Assembly: GCA_963758525.1 (NCBI GenBank)
Contig: CAVWVQ010000003.1
Location: forward strand, 768,001-832,000
Reading direction: 5' to 3'
Source of the DNA: an uncultured Phycisphaerales bacterium
GTDB taxonomy: Bacteria > Planctomycetota > Phycisphaerae > Tepidisphaerales > Tepidisphaeraceae
Length of the DNA: 64,000 bases
The translations under genes were made by a program, and so were the position numbers. Shown piece after piece: positions 9,130 to 19,511 of this stretch. Position 1 is the first letter of the stretch; each line of letters begins with the position of its first letter. Under the pieces are notes generated by a model. The model saw nothing but the letters and a program-made list of their open reading frames with translations. It was not told where the DNA came from and made no database searches.

Positions 9130-11742
9130 TCAAACAAGCCGTCGAACCACGTCCACGAGATTGCTCTGATCGAAACTTCCTTTCACGATATACGCGTTGG
9201 CCCCGACGTCGGCTCCCCGCTCGCGATCCGCGCGAGGCCAGGGCAGTCACCAGCACCACCGGAAGCTCCGCCAATCGCTTGTCGCGGCGGATCGCCGCCG
9301 TCAGATCGAATCCATTCATCCGCGGCATCTCGACGTCACTGACCACCACGTCAAACACTTCCGTGCGCAAGATCGCAAAGGCGTCGACCCCGTCCACCGC
9401 GGTCTTCACGCGATGTCCGGCGGACTCCAGGATGTTTTTGAGCAGCATCCGGGAGGTGATCGAATCCTCCACCACGAGCACCGACTTCCGCGACCTGGCC
9501 GAATCTTCGCCGGAGGGGCGGGCGGCCGCTGCCGGCCGCGCTTTCATCGCCGATTTCATCAAGTCCGCCACATTTAAAATCGGCACCGCGTGACCAGATC
9601 CAAGCACTGTCGCTCCCGCAATATTTCGCACGCGCGATAGCGGTTTGCCCAACTGCTTCACCAACACTTCCTGCTCATTCAACACCGCGTCGACCCGCAT
9701 GGCGATCCGCTTCTCCGCCGATCCGATCACCACCGCCGGCGCGAACCGGGTGGTTTCGTGGCCGGACGGACGGGACAAATCCAGCAGGTCTTCCAGCCGC
9801 ACCAGGGAAACCGTCCGGTCGTCGAGCACCATCATTTCCCGTCCCTCGACCGTCTTCACCTGATCGGGCCGCACGCTGGTGACGCGCTCCACGTGCGTGG
9901 TCGGAAGCACGAACAGTTGGTGAACGACTTCCACCAGAATCCCGCGAAACGTCGCCAGTGTCAGCGGCAACAGGAGCCGAAACGACGTGCCGGCTCCCGG
10001 GCGCGTCTCCAGCGTGACGCGTCCGCCGAGCTTCTCCACTTTCTCCTGCACGATCGCCAGGCCCAGGCCGCGCCCGGAGATTTCGGTGATCGTGTCGCGC
10101 GTCGAAACCTCCGGCTCGAAAATCAGATTCAGCGCTGCGGCGTCCGCCAGTTCATTGGCCTGCGCCTCCGTGAGGTTGCCGTGACGAACCGCTGCCGCGC
10201 GAACGCGGGCGACGCTGATGCCTTGGCCGTCGTCGGAAATCAATATTTCAACTTTGTTTCCGTCCGCCTGGGAGACGGCAAGGTCGATGGTCCCGCGCCA
10301 GGCTTTCCCGCCGCCGTCCGCTGCTGCGGCGTCTCGATGCCATGATCGATGCAGTTTCGCAGGAGGTGAATCAGCGGATCCTTGAGATCTTCAAGAATCC
10401 GCTTGTCAATTTCGCTGTCTTCCCCGCGAATCACCAGCTCGATCTCCTTTCCCATGTCCCTGGATAACTCGCGGACGAGCCTGGGAAACGCGGCAAACAG
10501 GGTGCTGAACGGGAGCATCAGCAGGCGCTTGGATTCTTCCAGCAGAAGGTCGACCCGGGCGGCGGTGTCACGCCGATCGCGGTCGGCGAGCTTCGCCACC
10601 GTTCGGAGCTGATCCTCCGCGGAGCGGACAAACGACTGATTCCAGTCGAAAAACTCCAGCAGCCTGGCCGCAAGCGACGCGGGCACTACGCAATCGCGGC
10701 TGTCGTTTTCCGCCACGCTCCGGCCGTCAGCGCCCGCCGCGGTCATTTGCCGCAGGCTCTGGATGTCGGCCGTCAGCGACGTCCATTGCTTTTCCCATCC
10801 CGCCCACATCACGGTGACATCGCGAAGGTCCGAAGCGCGCTGATCAGCGTTGAGCTTCAGCGCCAACAGTTCCTCGGCGTGCAGCAGGAGCGCATCGAGT
10901 TTGTCAGTTGAAATCCTCAGCGTCTGCGACAGCGAAGACCGCGGAACCGCCCCGCGGTCCCGCGGCGAAGGTGCCGCCTCAGGGGCAGGCGACGCTGCTG
11001 TCTCAGGGGCAGACGACGCTGCTGCCGCAGGGGCAACGGCCGGTGCCGCGGCCGCGGCCGGCGCCTGGCGTGCTGTGAATCCTGTTTCCTGCGAAACGCC
11101 TCTGGTCCCCTCTCCCGGTATCCCGGGAGAGGGATAGGGTGAGGGTGATTTTGGATTGGCAACGGTCGCTCGAACTTCCGAATCACCCTCACCCCTGCCC
11201 TCTCCCGGCGTACCGGGAGAGGGAGCAGTCGGCTCTTGCGACATTGCGCGGTCGCTCGCCCGAACCGGGTCGTCTTGCGGCTTCGTCTCAACCGGCGCCG
11301 CGGCACGCTCAGTGCGCCGCGGCGCAGGCCGTGCCACTTCCAGAGCGGCAAGCTCCTCCTGGACCTTGAACAGCTCGTCGCGCTCGACTTCCGACGCCGC
11401 GCCCCGCGAAGTCGGCAGCAGCCTTTCCACCACCTTGACGGCGCGATGCAGCGGATCCAGCAGCTCCGGAGCCGCCCCCGCGTCACGCCGCTTCCAGGCG
11501 GAGAAGACGCCTTCCAGGGCCTGACAGACCATTTCGATCTCCGCAAGGTTCACCGCGCGGGCGGCGCCTTTGAGACTATGAGCGTCGCGGAAAATGCTCG
11601 ACACGATCTCCTGTCGGCGCGGAGCCTCCGAAGTTTTCTCCAACGCCAGCAATCCCGCGGTAATGGCCTGCAGATGCTCTTCGGCCTCCACGCGGAATGC
11701 GGCCTGCAGTTTGCCGAGAAATTCGTCGTCAGACGACTTCAT
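9130..11742 (-). CDS. cheA: Hybrid CheA/WspE-like kinase (Hpt-dimer-HATPase-CheW-REC), split by apparent frameshifts near 10290 and 9230
   Basis: IFRDAHSLKGAA Hpt, HLLRNCIDHGIE, SDDGQG, SGRGLGL, C-terminal receiver; shifted frame ends …NAYIVKGSFDQSNLVDVVRRLV* at 9130. Confidence 0.9.
11106..11225. repeat. Double-hairpin palindromic element (CCCTCTCCC…GGGAGAGGG type) in-frame within cheA
   Basis: Two ~43-bp inverted arms, each with an internal hairpin; encodes PSPGTPGEGRGEG…PSPYPSPGIPGEG. Confidence 0.85.
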
Positions 11743-12274
11743 GAGGGATCACCGTTCACTTCTTCATGCACAACGATCGACTCGTCTTCCATGATCCTGG
11801 CCGCGTCGAGGACGATCAGTTGCTGGTCCGTGACGCCCAGCAAATATCTCGCGCCACGCCGGTGAGCGTTGAGGGCGCCGGCCGAATTTCGCTGCTGCAA
11901 AGCGACCGGACCCCGAGAATGGCGTCGGCAAGGACGCCGAGCTCGCCTTCGTGATGCTCGATCACAATCACCTTGTTCAAATCGGTCAGACCTTTGATCG
12001 GCAAGTCAAAAAACCGCCGCAGATCGATCACCGTGAGGATCTGCCCGCGCACATTGATGATTCCCAGCACGAATGAAGGCGTGCAGGGAAGCGGTGTCAG
12101 CTCCTTGATGGGGTACACCTCGCGCACCCGGATGCTTTCGATCGCATACTGTTCGTCCGCAAGGCGGAAAACGACGACTTCCAGCGAATTTGTCGTCTCA
12201 TCGGTCGAGCGAATCTCCCTCGCCAGATCGTGCGCGCGTGACTTGAGGATTTCCTTTTTGCTGGAGAGATTCAT
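11739..12274 (-). CDS. cheW: CheW coupling protein (WspD-like), frameshift near 11850
   Basis: LPCTPSFVLGIINVRGQILTVIDL; shifted frame continues YLLGVTDQQLIVLDAARIM…DPS* and overlaps the cheA start (ATGA). Confidence 0.9.
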
Positions 12275-13681
12275 ACCGATAAGCCCCCGTCAACAATCGT
12301 ATGGATGATCTCGGCGAGCCGACCCACGGCCATCCCGTCCGAGTCGGGCACCGGCTCGTCCCGCGAGCGTCCGTGAAGCAGTTCGAGCGCGTTGGCAAAA
12401 TGCCTGCTCATCTGCGACAGCTCACCCTGGTGACGCGCAAGATGCGCCAGCGCGAAGTGGGCCATGACGAACGTCGGATCCAGATAGACGGCCCGGTTGA
12501 ATGAGGCCGCCGCTCCGCGAAAGTCGGCCATTTCCATCAGCATGCTTCCGCGCAGGTAGTGAAAGCTGGGATTCATTTTCTCCGCGTCAATGGCGCGCTG
12601 GCTCAATTCCAGCGCGGCCGCGAGCTTTCCCTGATTGGCATGCGCCTGCGCCATCAAGGCGAGAACGCCCGGAGGGGGATTGAGCCGGGCGGCAATGGGC
12701 TTCAGCCAATGCACCACCTCCGCATATCGCCCCTTCTCGAACAGCGCCGCGGCATGAGCCAGCGCGTCAGCGTCGACATCGACGGGCGCGAGATTCGGCG
12801 CGGGCTCATTGGAACGCTCCGGTTCTTCAAGGACGGCGGCGCCTTTTTGGAATACGACAATCCCCGGATAACTGGCCGTTGTGAGTTCTTTGGACTGGAC
12901 AAATGCGGTCTCCGCTGCGCCGACCAGCAGCCATCCATCTTCGCAAAGGCAGCGGCTGAATTTTTCCACGAGGCGTTCGATCTGCGCCGCAGCGAGGTAG
13001 ATCATGACATTGCGGCACATGATCAGATCCATCGCATTGGTGTTGTTCAGCAACGAAGGAAAGGCGTCCTGGGCCAGGTTGAGATAATCGAAGCTCACCA
13101 TTCTTCGAATTTCTTTGCGCACCTCGAGTTGTCCGTCGCCCGCCGGAGTGAAAAATCGATCCTTGATCTCCGGCGGCAAATTCCGAAATGACCAGTCGCC
13201 AAAAACTCCGGCAGCGGCCTTCTGCAGGAAGCGCGGGTTGATGTCCGTCGCCAGCAGCGTGATGTCCCAATCGTTCACATCGGGCAGGAGCCGGGCCAGC
13301 GTGATGGCCAGGGAATACGGCTCTTCGCCGGTGCAGCATCCGGCCGTCCAGATTCTCAGCCGCCGCTGCTCCGATCTGCGCGCAGAATCAGCGCCGGCAG
13401 AATTTCCTGGGCGAGAATCTCGAAGCTTCGCTGCTCCCGGAAAAAGTAGGTTTCGCCGACCGTGAGATGGCTGGCGAGAATCTCGATCTGCCGTTGGTCC
13501 AGCCGCGCGGAGCAGAGCCACACCGCGCAGCTCTCGGCATCATCAAAGCCGAATTCGCATGCAGCCGCCGCAACGCCGCGCATCAGATCCGCATGCCGTT
13601 CGGCGCGAAGTGAAGCCCCATGCTCGCTTCGATCACTTTGCTCAATTGCCCGGGAAGCAATTGGCGGATGGGGTCGGTCAT
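12271..13681 (-). CDS. cheR: CheR methyltransferase with C-terminal TPR (WspC-like), frameshifts in the 5' part
   Basis: TVGETYFFRE, RIWTAGCCTGEEPYSLA, DLIMCRNVMIY, TPR helices; ATG 13681 overlaps the upstream cheW stop. Confidence 0.9.
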
Positions 13682-14154
13682 GACGCCCCCGTGGCTCGAT
13701 GGTGTTCGTCGATTGCCCCGGTTAACGATAGTTCGTCATTGCCCGACAGGAGGGAATCGAGGTCGTACACCAGGATCATCTCATCCGATCGCCTGAAGAC
13801 CGTCTGCGAGTAATCCAGCGCCGAAGCGATCTGCTCGACGGGGATCAATTCGTCGGCGGCGCACGCGATCACCTCGCTCGAATCGACGATAAAAGCGACG
13901 GTCCGCCTGGAGGTGTGGGCGATGACTAGCTGATGATCGAGTTCGATCTCGCGGTCCACCAGACCGCAGCGACGGCGCAGATTCAGAACCGGCACGATTT
14001 CGCCATGAACGTTGACGATGCCAGCCACGATCGGCGGCGCCTCCGGCAGCGGCGTTACGTACACGACGCGAACCACGCGGTCGACGGCCGCTACCGGCAA
14101 CGCGAAGCGCTGTTCATCCAACGCGACAACCACGAAATGCGAAACAGCCGCCAT
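13678..14154 (-). CDS. cheW: CheW coupling protein (WspB-like)
   Basis: TPLPEAPPIVAGIVNVHGEIVPVLNLR. Confidence 0.9.
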   Translation of the reverse strand: MAAVSHFVVVALDEQRFALPVAAVDRVVRVVYVTPLPEAPPIVAGIVNVHGEIVPVLNLRRRCGLVDREIELDHQLVIAHTSRRTVAFIVDSSEVIACAADELIPVEQIASALDYSQTVFRRSDEMILVYDLDSLLSGNDELSLTGAIDEHHRATGAS

Positions 14155-14251
14155 ACTCGACCCTCGGACGGCGACGCGAACGGGATTCTAAACCGAACGA
14201 AAATGCTCCAACTCCGCAATTAAGTTACCGACATCTGTCTCCCAAGGCGAA

Positions 14252-15079
14252 TCATTCAACAGTTGATACTACCACCCCCGTATGCACATCCATTCCCATC
14301 GCCTGAAAGATTTTATCGCGCGTCCGCAGATACTGCGGGGAATCGATGTCGCGCGGGCGCGGCAAGTCGACTGGCACCACGTCGCGGACAGTGGCCGGAC
14401 GATTGCTCATCACCAGCACGCGATCGGCCAGTTGCACCGCTTCTTCGATATCGTGCGTGACGAACAGGACGGTTTTCTTCTCGCCCTGCCAGATGCGGAT
14501 GAGATCGGCGCGCATCTTCAGGCGGGTGAGAAAGTCGAGCGCGCCGAACGGCTCATCCATATAAATGATGTCGGGATTGGCGGCGAGCGCGCGGGCGATC
14601 TCAACGCGCTGACGCATTCCGCCGGACAATTCGCGCGGGTAGGAGCGCTCGAAGCCGTCCAGGCCGACCATGTCAACATAATGCGCGACGATCCGGTTTC
14701 GCTCGGTCGCGCTGAGGCGCGACAGGCCAAAACCGATGTTTTGTTCGACGGTCAGCCAGGGGAAAACCCCATTTTCCTGGAAGACGAAGATGCGCCGATG
14801 GTCGGGGCCGGAAACGGGCTGTCCCTCGACGATCACGTCGCCGCGGGTTGGGGTCAGGAAGCCGGCGATGATGTTGAGCAGCGTTGATTTGCCGCAGCCG
14901 GACGGGCCGACGATGCAGACGAACTCGCCGGGGGAGACGTCGATGCTGACTGACTCCAGCACGTGAACCTGCTCGTCGCGTCGCTTGCCGGCAAAGCTCA
15001 TCCACAGATCGCGCACGACCACGATGGGGCCGGCAGGAATGACCTTTTGCGTCAAGATTGAGCTCCCCGGCTGCTTCAT
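14252..15079 (-). CDS. ABC transporter ATP-binding protein (NitT/TauT family)
   Basis: Walker A GPSGCGKST, LSGGMRQR, MDEPFGALD. Confidence 0.95.
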   Translation of the reverse strand: MKQPGSSILTQKVIPAGPIVVVRDLWMSFAGKRRDEQVHVLESVSIDVSPGEFVCIVGPSGCGKSTLLNIIAGFLTPTRGDVIVEGQPVSGPDHRRIFVFQENGVFPWLTVEQNIGFGLSRLSATERNRIVAHYVDMVGLDGFERSYPRELSGGMRQRVEIARALAANPDIIYMDEPFGALDFLTRLKMRADLIRIWQGEKKTVLFVTHDIEEAVQLADRVLVMSNRPATVRDVVPVDLPRPRDIDSPQYLRTRDKIFQAMGMDVHTGVVVSTVE

Positions 15080-15912
15080 CGCGTTCCATACCCCCAGCGG
15101 ACCTCGTCAAACTTCTCCAGTTGGCGAACGAGCAGATCGAGCACCAGTCCGATGATGCCGATCATGACCATCCCCGCAACGACCAGGTCGTAGCGCCGGC
15201 CGGCGTTGCGCGCGTCGATGATGAGGTAGCCCAGGCCGGAGTTCACGGCGATCATCTCCGCGGCGACGACCACGAGCCACGCCACGCCAAGGGCGATGCG
15301 AATGCCGGTAAGAATCTGCGGCAGCGCCGCCGGGAGAATCACGCGGGCGAACAATTGCACGCGCGACAGCCCGAAGTTGCGTGCCGCCCGCACGTACACC
15401 TGCTGCATGTTTTGCACCGCGGCAATCGCCGCCACGATGATCGGGAACAGGCTGGCCAGGAAAATGAGGAAGATCGGTGCCAAGTCGGAAACGCCGAACC
15501 AGAGAATCGCGACGGGAATCCAGGCGATGGGTGAAATCGGGCGAAACACCTGAAGGATCGGATTGAACGCGTCGAAGGCTTTGCCGAACCATCCGAGGAG
15601 AAGTCCGATCGGCACGCCCACGAGCACGGCTGCGAGAAATCCGCAGGTGACACGGAAGAGCGACGCGACGATGTACTTCAACAGCACGCCATCGCGGGCG
15701 AGTTCGGCAATTCCCTTTGCGACCGCGACGGGCGTGGGAAAAATCTGCGTGCCGGACACGTGCACCGCGCCGTCCCAGCCGAGCAGAAACACGACCGCCA
15801 CTGCCGCAGGGAGGAGGATTTTCTGCAAGGCGATGCCATCGGCAGACCTGCGCGCTGGAGCGGGCCGGGATCGCGCTATTGCCCGCGACTTTGCCTGAAC
15901 CGTTGTCTCCAT
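15076..15912 (-). CDS. ABC transporter permease (NitT/TauT family)
   Basis: RPISPIAWIP, AARNFG, VVAAEMIA; start taken at ATG 15912. Confidence 0.92.
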   Translation of the reverse strand: METTVQAKSRAIARSRPAPARRSADGIALQKILLPAAVAVVFLLGWDGAVHVSGTQIFPTPVAVAKGIAELARDGVLLKYIVASLFRVTCGFLAAVLVGVPIGLLLGWFGKAFDAFNPILQVFRPISPIAWIPVAILWFGVSDLAPIFLIFLASLFPIIVAAIAAVQNMQQVYVRAARNFGLSRVQLFARVILPAALPQILTGIRIALGVAWLVVVAAEMIAVNSGLGYLIIDARNAGRRYDLVVAGMVMIGIIGLVLDLLVRQLEKFDEVRWGYGTR

Positions 15913-15989
15913 GAGCTTCTTTCTCTTTTCCAATACGATCGTGTCGATTGTAGCGATGGCGTCGTTCCATCCGTAATTTCTTGGGCTTC

Positions 15990-16011
15990 GTAGGGCGGGA
16001 TTCATCCCGCC
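15990..16011 (+). repeat. GTAG-type REP (family A), single copy
   Basis: GTAGGGCGGGATTCATCCCGCC, matches the pair at 26318-26406. Confidence 0.85.
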
Positions 16012-16274
16012 GCAGTCCGAGGAGTTGCGATAGGGCGGCGGAACCGCACTGGTGATCAATGCCAATAGCTCCGGGACCGTCAAACAGCGGCTCGATCCCT
16101 GGCCGACGTTTCGTTTCTACCTCACGCCGTTCTGTGTTTCGAGCTTTGCGGCACTGGTGAAAGGGAAGGGCTTTGTCCTCGTCTTCTCGCCGCACGCTTC
16201 TGAAATGGTCGTTGCCCTGCTCCTGTGCGCCGTGCTCTGGAGTGCATCGCGGGTTGCGCGCGGCGGCCGCGGCG

Positions 16275-17321
16275 TTACTGCTTCCCATCCCAATTCCAAG
16301 CCGTGAGCTGCGCGTCATCCTTGCAGAACGACGGATCGCAGTAGTCCTCAAAATGCGCGGTGCCCTGCAGAATGCCCGCCTCGCAGCCGAGCCGCTCGAT
16401 CTCCTCGAAATCCTTTTGATGCAGCGCCAGGTTCGTGTACTTCACGCGATCAGGCGGCTTGCTCAGGACGAACCGGAGCAGTTTGGGATCCTGGTTGTAA
16501 TAGTTCTGCGCCACAAACTGCGACGCCTCCATGCGATGGTCCATCGATTGATCGATCCACTTGCCGCTTTTGGCGATGCCATCGACCAATTGCTGCACCA
16601 CGTCGCGATGCTGTTTGATCATGTCTTCGTTAACGGCCAGCACGCACGAAATGAAGTCCGGCCACACGTCTTTCGTCAGATAAAGCACGCGGCCGTAACC
16701 GTCCAACTCCGTCTCCCCCATGAATGGCTCCCCGGAGGTGATCGCGTCCACCGCCTTGACGGACAGCGCCGCTGGCATATCCGGCGGAGGCATTTCGACC
16801 AGGTGAACATCGTTGATCGTCATCCCATGCTCGCGCAACGCCTTAAACACCAGCAGCCGCTGGTTTGAATAACGATTCGGCACGGCGATCGTTTTCCCGC
16901 GCAGATCTTCGATGCGATAAATCTGCGAGTCCTTGTGCACCATCATCGCGGTGCCGTCGCGATGGCCCAGATAGACAATTTTGATCTTCACCCCCTGCTC
17001 GCGCAGCGCCATCGCCATCGGCGCCAGGATAAACGTCGCCGGCGTGTAACCGGAGAGATGCGCCTCCTTGAGTTCCGGCCAGCCGTTAAATCGCACCGGC
17101 GTGAAGAGGCCTTGGCCGGCCATTTGATGATTGATGTAATCGGTCACCGGGCAGGTGAGATGGCACGTCACGGGAAGGTAGCCAAGCTTGTATTTCTCTT
17201 CGGCAACCTGCGCCGCGGCGCGGGAGAACGGCCGGACATTCCAATTCAGCCACGCATGCGCGGCGGTGATCGCAAGCACCCAGAGGGTCAGGGAGAAGAT
17301 GATGGATTTTTGCAGGGACAA
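16275..17321 (-). CDS. ABC transporter substrate-binding protein (NMT1/CmpA-NrtA-like)
   Basis: LGHRDG, DLRGKTIAVP, MPPPDMPAAL, EPF motifs; upstream of permease and ATPase. Confidence 0.88.
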   Translation of the reverse strand: MSLQKSIIFSLTLWVLAITAAHAWLNWNVRPFSRAAAQVAEEKYKLGYLPVTCHLTCPVTDYINHQMAGQGLFTPVRFNGWPELKEAHLSGYTPATFILAPMAMALREQGVKIKIVYLGHRDGTAMMVHKDSQIYRIEDLRGKTIAVPNRYSNQRLLVFKALREHGMTINDVHLVEMPPPDMPAALSVKAVDAITSGEPFMGETELDGYGRVLYLTKDVWPDFISCVLAVNEDMIKQHRDVVQQLVDGIAKSGKWIDQSMDHRMEASQFVAQNYYNQDPKLLRFVLSKPPDRVKYTNLALHQKDFEEIERLGCEAGILQGTAHFEDYCDPSFCKDDAQLTAWNWDGKQ

Positions 17322-17429
17322 GGCGATCTCGTGCGGGGCAATATACGGTCGGAGGCCGCGGAGACAAGCGAGCCGCGACTTCGATAAACGTGCGGTAGCT
17401 GATTACGAATGACGTGGGCTGCGGAGTGG

Positions 17430-17522
17430 AATTTCAAATTTCAAATCTCAAATTTGGAATCCAGAACCGTTGCGAACATTTGGCTCAACCAGGATAAATT
17501 CTCAAATCTGAGATTTCAAATC
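17430..17522. repeat. AT-rich heptamer repeat element (ATTTCAA/ATCTCAA)
   Basis: aatttcaaatttcaaatctcaaatttgg … tctcaaatctgagatttcaaatc in a GC-rich background. Confidence 0.7.
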
Positions 17523-17555
17523 TTCCCTGCGTTTTCTTAAACGCGAGTCTCCATC

Positions 17556-17738
17556 TCAAAGGTAGTTCCGTACGACGAAAAAGTAGAACACCATGAAGAC
17601 GAAGACGAACACCATGCCCGTGACGAGCATGGCCGTCACTCCTCCAAACGTGACGGACGCCACCATGGCCGGCCCGATCAGCAGCAGGCCGATCAGCGCC
17701 GCGAATTTGACCCGCGTGGGAATTTTGTCGAACGTCAA
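17556..17738 (-). CDS. Small two-TM membrane protein
   Basis: 60-aa hydrophobic ORF with GGAGG just upstream, following the NIPSNAP gene. Confidence 0.55.
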   Translation of the reverse strand: MTFDKIPTRVKFAALIGLLLIGPAMVASVTFGGVTAMLVTGMVFVFVFMVFYFFVVRNYL

Positions 17739-17759
17739 AGCAGCCTCCGGAGAAGTCTC

Positions 17760-18551
17760 TTATAACTGAGACGCCTCGGACGGGCGCAGGAACCGGGAGA
17801 CGATGTTGGAAACATTATCCTGGTACATCGGATCGCCCTTGAGTTTTCGCCAGGCAGGGTTACTGCTAAAGGCGTCCCAGTTTTTCTTCGACGCCGCCTG
17901 GTTCTCGTGAAATAACATGTAGGTGAGATGCGGCAGATTCGGCCCCGCGAAGGCTTCGCCGAAGAAGACCCCCGGCATTCCCGCTTCGGTGAAGAGGGGG
18001 ATTTCGCCGGAATTGAACATCTTCATCTTGTTGAGCGCGCGCTCCTCGTTGGGATTTTCGTATTGCCGCAGCTCAAACACGCGATCGGGATTCTTTGCCG
18101 GCGGCGTCAGCCTGGGATGCCCGGCAAATGCATAGAGCAACTGTGTTTCAAAGCGGGTGAACGCGGGGTCGTCCTTTCCAGCCAGCAGGATCTCCTTCCC
18201 GGCAGTCTGGAACTCTGCATCGGCAGCAAGACGCGGCTCTAGATCGATGACCGACTGCACAGACTCGTGCGGCAGGAAGAGCCACGCATCCTTCGCTTCC
18301 GACGCCTTCTGATCCGCCAGCGTGAAGATGCCAACCGGCTGAATGCCGAGCCGATTGAGCGCGGGCAGCATGGCGTCGCCGAGGAATTTCTCGAACGCGT
18401 CGCGTTTCTCGACGGTTTTGAAGTGGTACGTCCGCAATTCGTAGATCTGTGGCTTTTCCGCATCGCCCGCCGTCTGCTCTCCGCGCGACGCCGTCGACAG
18501 CAAACCCAAACCCGCCGTCGCCGAGAGTTGAAGAAACGCACGTCGTCGCAT
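17760..18551 (-). CDS. NIPSNAP family protein with Tat signal
   Basis: MRRRAFL signal; two YELRTY/FELRQY repeats; PHLTYML. Confidence 0.88.
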   Translation of the reverse strand: MRRRAFLQLSATAGLGLLSTASRGEQTAGDAEKPQIYELRTYHFKTVEKRDAFEKFLGDAMLPALNRLGIQPVGIFTLADQKASEAKDAWLFLPHESVQSVIDLEPRLAADAEFQTAGKEILLAGKDDPAFTRFETQLLYAFAGHPRLTPPAKNPDRVFELRQYENPNEERALNKMKMFNSGEIPLFTEAGMPGVFFGEAFAGPNLPHLTYMLFHENQAASKKNWDAFSSNPAWRKLKGDPMYQDNVSNIVSRFLRPSEASQL

Positions 18552-18706
18552 GAAGACTCCCTGTGAATGGATGAGAAGCAAGCGTTCCGCCGTACTGATG
18601 ATAATGCGCCGGTCCCCGGAATGTTGAATGGGTAATCGGAAGCCGTGCAGTATTTGCAGCCGCGGATATACTGCGGGTCAAGCCGCAACCAGCAACGAGG
18701 TATTGC

Positions 18707-19297
18707 ATGCCATCGACCCCAGCCAAGCGTCCGATTCTGATCGTCGATGACGAGCCGGACATGCTCCATTCGCTGAAGAATCTGCTCCGGCATGACTACC
18801 AGGTCTTCAGCGCGTCCAGCGGCGCGGAGGGAATCCGGATATTGGAGCGGGAGATCATTCATCTGGTGATGACCGATCAGCGCATGCCGGAAATGACCGG
18901 GGTCGAGCTGCTCAAGCACGTCAAAAGCGAGCACCCGGCCGCCATCCGCCTGATCTTCACCGGCTACGCCGACGTGAAAGCCGTCATTGCCGCGATCAAT
19001 CAGGGGAATGTCTTTCGCTTTCTCAGCAAGCCATGGGAGCCCGAAGAGCTGATGTCGGTGCTGCAGGAAGCCGGCGAGCACCATGACCACATCGTTCAGC
19101 GCGACACGCTGCTGAATGACATTGCCCGTTACGAGCAGGACTCCAACCAATTTCGCGATGACGTGCTTGCGGGGAAGTTTGGCTCCCTTACCAGGGAAGG
19201 CGCCGAAAAAACCGAGCAATTGCTGGCGACCAGCCGCCAACTGCTCGGCCGCCTGGAGCAATCCCTCGCCGCCGCGATGCGCAGGCCGATGCGCTGA
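18707..19297 (+). CDS. Response regulator (REC plus helical tail)
   Basis: ILIVDDE, MTDQRMPEMTG, FLSKPW. Confidence 0.9.
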   Translation: MPSTPAKRPILIVDDEPDMLHSLKNLLRHDYQVFSASSGAEGIRILEREIIHLVMTDQRMPEMTGVELLKHVKSEHPAAIRLIFTGYADVKAVIAAINQGNVFRFLSKPWEPEELMSVLQEAGEHHDHIVQRDTLLNDIARYEQDSNQFRDDVLAGKFGSLTREGAEKTEQLLATSRQLLGRLEQSLAAAMRRPMR

Positions 19298-19388
19298 GCT
19301 TCGCGCCCGATACCTTTTCAGTGCAGAACTGCTTTCAGAACCGAAACCGCAGAGCTGCCCCCGAGTTTCCAACGATACGCAGTCACCC

Positions 19389-19495
19389 GGTTAGCCGCGA
19401 CGCGAAGCGGAGCGCGTATTTGTGGTGATTGCGCGAGGGCAACATTGCGCCGTCTCTCGTTCGAATACGCGCTCCGCTGCGCGTCGCGGCTAACC
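19389..19495. repeat. REP-like inverted pair (family C, GTTAGCCGCGACGCG…)
   Basis: GGTTAGCCGCGACGCGAAGCGGAGCGCGTATT … AATACGCGCTCCGCTGCGCGTCGCGGCTAACC between convergent genes. Confidence 0.88.
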
Positions 19496-19511
19496 TTGGG
19501 CGGCCGTCGCA

